Origin: Paecilomyces variotii
Taxonomy: Eukaryota
Assembly: GCA_004022145.1 (NCBI GenBank)
Contig: RCNU01000024.1
Length of the DNA stretch: 64,000 nt
Strand: one strand, 5' to 3'
Within the stretch, counting starts at the first letter, position 1, and the number at the start of each line of letters is the position of its first letter. Below the pieces are notes generated by a model that was not told where the DNA came from, searched no databases, and saw only the letters and a list, made by a program, of their open reading frames with translations. Positions 61,296 to 64,000 of the stretch are shown here, piece after piece. The translations under genes and the position numbers were made by a program.

Positions 61296-62572
61296 GTGTT
61301 GTGAAACCGTTGTCCCCAACTTTTTTGTCTGCCGTATTTCATTGCGCTTTAGATCTTTAGCTGTTCCATCCGGGTTTGCCTGGATAACGATATAAGAACC
61401 AATATTCCTCGTGGTCGGCATTTCCTGCCGAAGTAGAGACAATGTCTTTCACAAAGGCCAGCATCCCATTGGGGAGAAGGCATTCTGAGTGTCCGCTAAC
61501 TAGTTAGTGGATTTCCTTAGTGGATGGCTTCAATCTTGTCTTGTCTTCTCTGACAGGTTGTTGATCATCCGTCGGCCACGGTTTCCGATTCCCCCATGTT
61601 AGATACCTAGCAGGTGGAATAAGTAATACCATGAAGGCCCCCGGCGGATGCTTCGGTTCTTCAGCATTATTTATCATTACTCCATGGATAGTCAATATTG
61701 ATTTCGTACAGATCTCCCCGTGAGGGTGCCGTGACCCTCAAACAGGCTATTTTTGTCATCTTCAGACCGGTCGTTTCTCGGAACTAGGCTGACAGGAGAA
61801 GATATCCGTCACGGCTAAATGCAGCCATAATGATTGCCGGAGCCAAGCGTAGAGTATGCTTTAGAGTGCAGCCTGGGCATCCGCCGTTCCTGGTATTCAA
61901 AAGAAGGGTAAATAGAAGATCCGATCGCGGAGGTTGCATATATATAAGATATCTTAGGTAGGGATCAAGGAGTTCTCTCATCCAGCTCCGAGCAACGAAA
62001 GATAGGCCATCTGGAGAGGAATCGTGGAAAGATATGCTCTCTGTCTCTCTGCTCTTGTCTTCGTTCGTCTGTAAAACGGATATTCCTCTGCTGAGAAAAG
62101 GTCCGTCGCGATTAATTGCTTCGTAAAAACCCCGCAGTCGTGGAGGGGGAGAATCCAGACCCTCAGGTGGTTCCGAAGTCGTTTCTCACCGGCTTCAACG
62201 TCTTCGAAGCCAAGCGACTCTGCGGGCGTGTTTGGCTAACTCTAGACCCCTGATGGGCCGTACCCAGCACGTCGGTGGCGTTTGCCGACCGAATTGATGT
62301 GGGCAAAGCAGGATTTCTTATCGAAGAAGGATAATAATAATGGAGCTCAGTGGGAAAAAAAGTTAGACGTTTCGGGTTCGACGATGTATAGTTGGTAGTT
62401 ACATAGTGACCTGGGGCAACTGGCTGGACAGCATTCTAGACCTTCCTCTCAGCCATCACAGCCATCAGTCCTCACCTCTGCCTTTTGCCATTCCTTACTG
62501 CTGCTTCTCCTCCTATCAGACGATTATCTAGACCTCTACAAACCGTATGCTGTAGTCGGTGCCGTACGGCGG

Positions 62573-64000
62573 ATGGCGATGACCTCTCTACCGCTGCGAT
62601 CCAAGGCGGACGAGGAGGCGCGCCTCCGCAATCAACCTACCACGAGCAACACCGCTGCTGCTCCTCATTTGAATCTCCCTCTCGTGTTGACCCCGGAGTC
62701 AGAAGAGGGAAGAGAACTCCATACCGATGATGATGAGCAACAACAAAAATCAGAAAAAAAGGCACACGCATCCGCAAAGGCCACGGACGAGACGACATCC
62801 ACAGAAGACGATGGACCCTGGGCGCGCATCTTCGTCCGCACGCCAATCCCAACACTCGTTCTCGACGCAGACCTGGACATCATCCAGGTATCCGACAGCT
62901 TCCTGGCGCTGTCAGGACATACTCGGGAAGAATGTCGGGGACGGAGCGTATTCGAGCTGACCAGCATCGGCATCCCCGCGGTCGGTCCCGCTGCCTACCG
63001 CAACACCATCTCGACAGCTATCGCCATCCGCGCTCCCCAGGTGATTGTGGACGTCGAATGGGCCGGTCACAGCCTCAGCAATCTACGGGTGACCCCCGTC
63101 CATGAGGGGGACAGGCTCTGCAACATCCTGATCGAGGTCCTCGACATCACAGAGATGGTGCCGCGACGGAGGCCTGGCCGGGAACAGCTCTACGTGAACG
63201 AGACCTACCGCATTCTTATCGATACCGTCAAGGACTATGCTATCTTCATGCTCGACACTGAGGGCTACGTGCTGACCTGGAACGCGGGCACCTCCATCCT
63301 CAAGGGATACAGCGCAGAAGACATCATCGGCCAGCACTTCTCCGTCTTCTACGGCCAGGAAGACCGAATCGCCGAGAAACCCAGGAAGGAGCTGGAGATC
63401 TGCAAGCGGGATGGCAAGGTCGAGGATGAAGGCTGGCGATACCGTAAAGATGGAACCCGTTTTTGGGCCAATGTCATGATCTTCCCCGTTCACCAGTGTG
63501 GCCGCCATGTCGGTTTCGCCAAAGTCACCCGCGACTTGACCCCCCGGAAGGCAGCAGAGGCACGCCTGATCACCGCCTACGAAGAGTCGTCTAATATGAA
63601 GACAGAATTTCTAGCCAACATGAGCCATGAGATCCGGACGCCGATGCATGGCATGCTGCTCGCCCTCACCCTCCTCTCCGGCACCGAGCTCTCCGAAAAT
63701 CAGAGAGAGTACGTCTCCATCATTGAAGAATCGGGCTCTATCCTGCTGCAGGTCATCAACGATGTGCTCGATTATTCAAAGCTGTCATCGGGCTCCTTCT
63801 CGATCAACGCAGATGTCCTCAGTGTCGAGGATGTGGTGGGATCGGTTGTGCGCAACTGCAGGTCCGCCCTGAAGCCGGGCGTTCAGCTAGAAACTATCAT
63901 TCAACCTAATCTCCCGAAACATCTCCGCGGTGATCCCCTGCGTTTCCGCCAGATCGTCCAGAACCTTGTTGCCAATGCTGTCAAGTTCACTGAGCAGGGA
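62573..64000 (+). CDS. Two-component sensor histidine kinase (PAS-PAS-HisKA-HATPase; probably hybrid), partial
   Basis: Open frame from ATG 62573 to the window end. VKDYAIFMLD..WNAG..KGYSAEDIIGQHFSVFY, EGWRYRKDGTRFWA (PAS/PAC), FLANMSHEIRTPM (H-box), GDPLRFRQIVQNLVANAVKFT (N-box). Confidence 0.93.
   Translation, partial: MAMTSLPLRSKADEEARLRNQPTTSNTAAAPHLNLPLVLTPESEEGRELHTDDDEQQQKSEKKAHASAKATDETTSTEDDGPWARIFVRTPIPTLVLDADLDIIQVSDSFLALSGHTREECRGRSVFELTSIGIPAVGPAAYRNTISTAIAIRAPQVIVDVEWAGHSLSNLRVTPVHEGDRLCNILIEVLDITEMVPRRRPGREQLYVNETYRILIDTVKDYAIFMLDTEGYVLTWNAGTSILKGYSAEDIIGQHFSVFYGQEDRIAEKPRKELEICKRDGKVEDEGWRYRKDGTRFWANVMIFPVHQCGRHVGFAKVTRDLTPRKAAEARLITAYEESSNMKTEFLANMSHEIRTPMHGMLLALTLLSGTELSENQREYVSIIEESGSILLQVINDVLDYSKLSSGSFSINADVLSVEDVVGSVVRNCRSALKPGVQLETIIQPNLPKHLRGDPLRFRQIVQNLVANAVKFTEQG

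Overview
Eukaryotic DNA from a filamentous ascomycete. Gene content, short GT..AG introns and the RIP signature point to Eurotiales; the species cannot be fixed from sequence alone. There are three zones. (1) 1-6758 is a heavily RIP-mutated, AT-rich Ty3/Gypsy LTR retrotransposon (RT-RNaseH-integrase). It has an unusual ~3.2 kb extra 3' region preceded by an internal PPT and an LTR-like promoter copy, and it is inserted into a FAD-oxidase gene. (2) ~6.8-24.5 kb is an accessory-looking mosaic: RIP-damaged pseudogenes (FAD oxidase, RTA1, 4CL-like), nested MITEs (a mimp/impala-like element inside a hAT-like element), and intact unusual genes (DUF6601-like membrane protein, divergent Pho84-like transporter, ~990 aa helical/PH-like/SesB-type hydrolase fusion, MetAP2 paralogue), plus an APH-like kinase with one in-frame stop. 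(3) ~25-64 kb is mostly conserved genes: PGM-family phosphatase, arylsulfotransferase, siderophore-type MFS, G1 glutamic peptidase, Hul4-like HECT E3, Rei1, Mam3/CNNM, BCKDH E1-beta, Kch1/Prm6, a conserved unknown, capping protein alpha, Pex11-like and a PAS histidine kinase running off the end. One intronless orphan TM + coiled-coil gene interrupts this block. Exon structures were worked out by hand. Family assignments come from motif recognition, not database searches.
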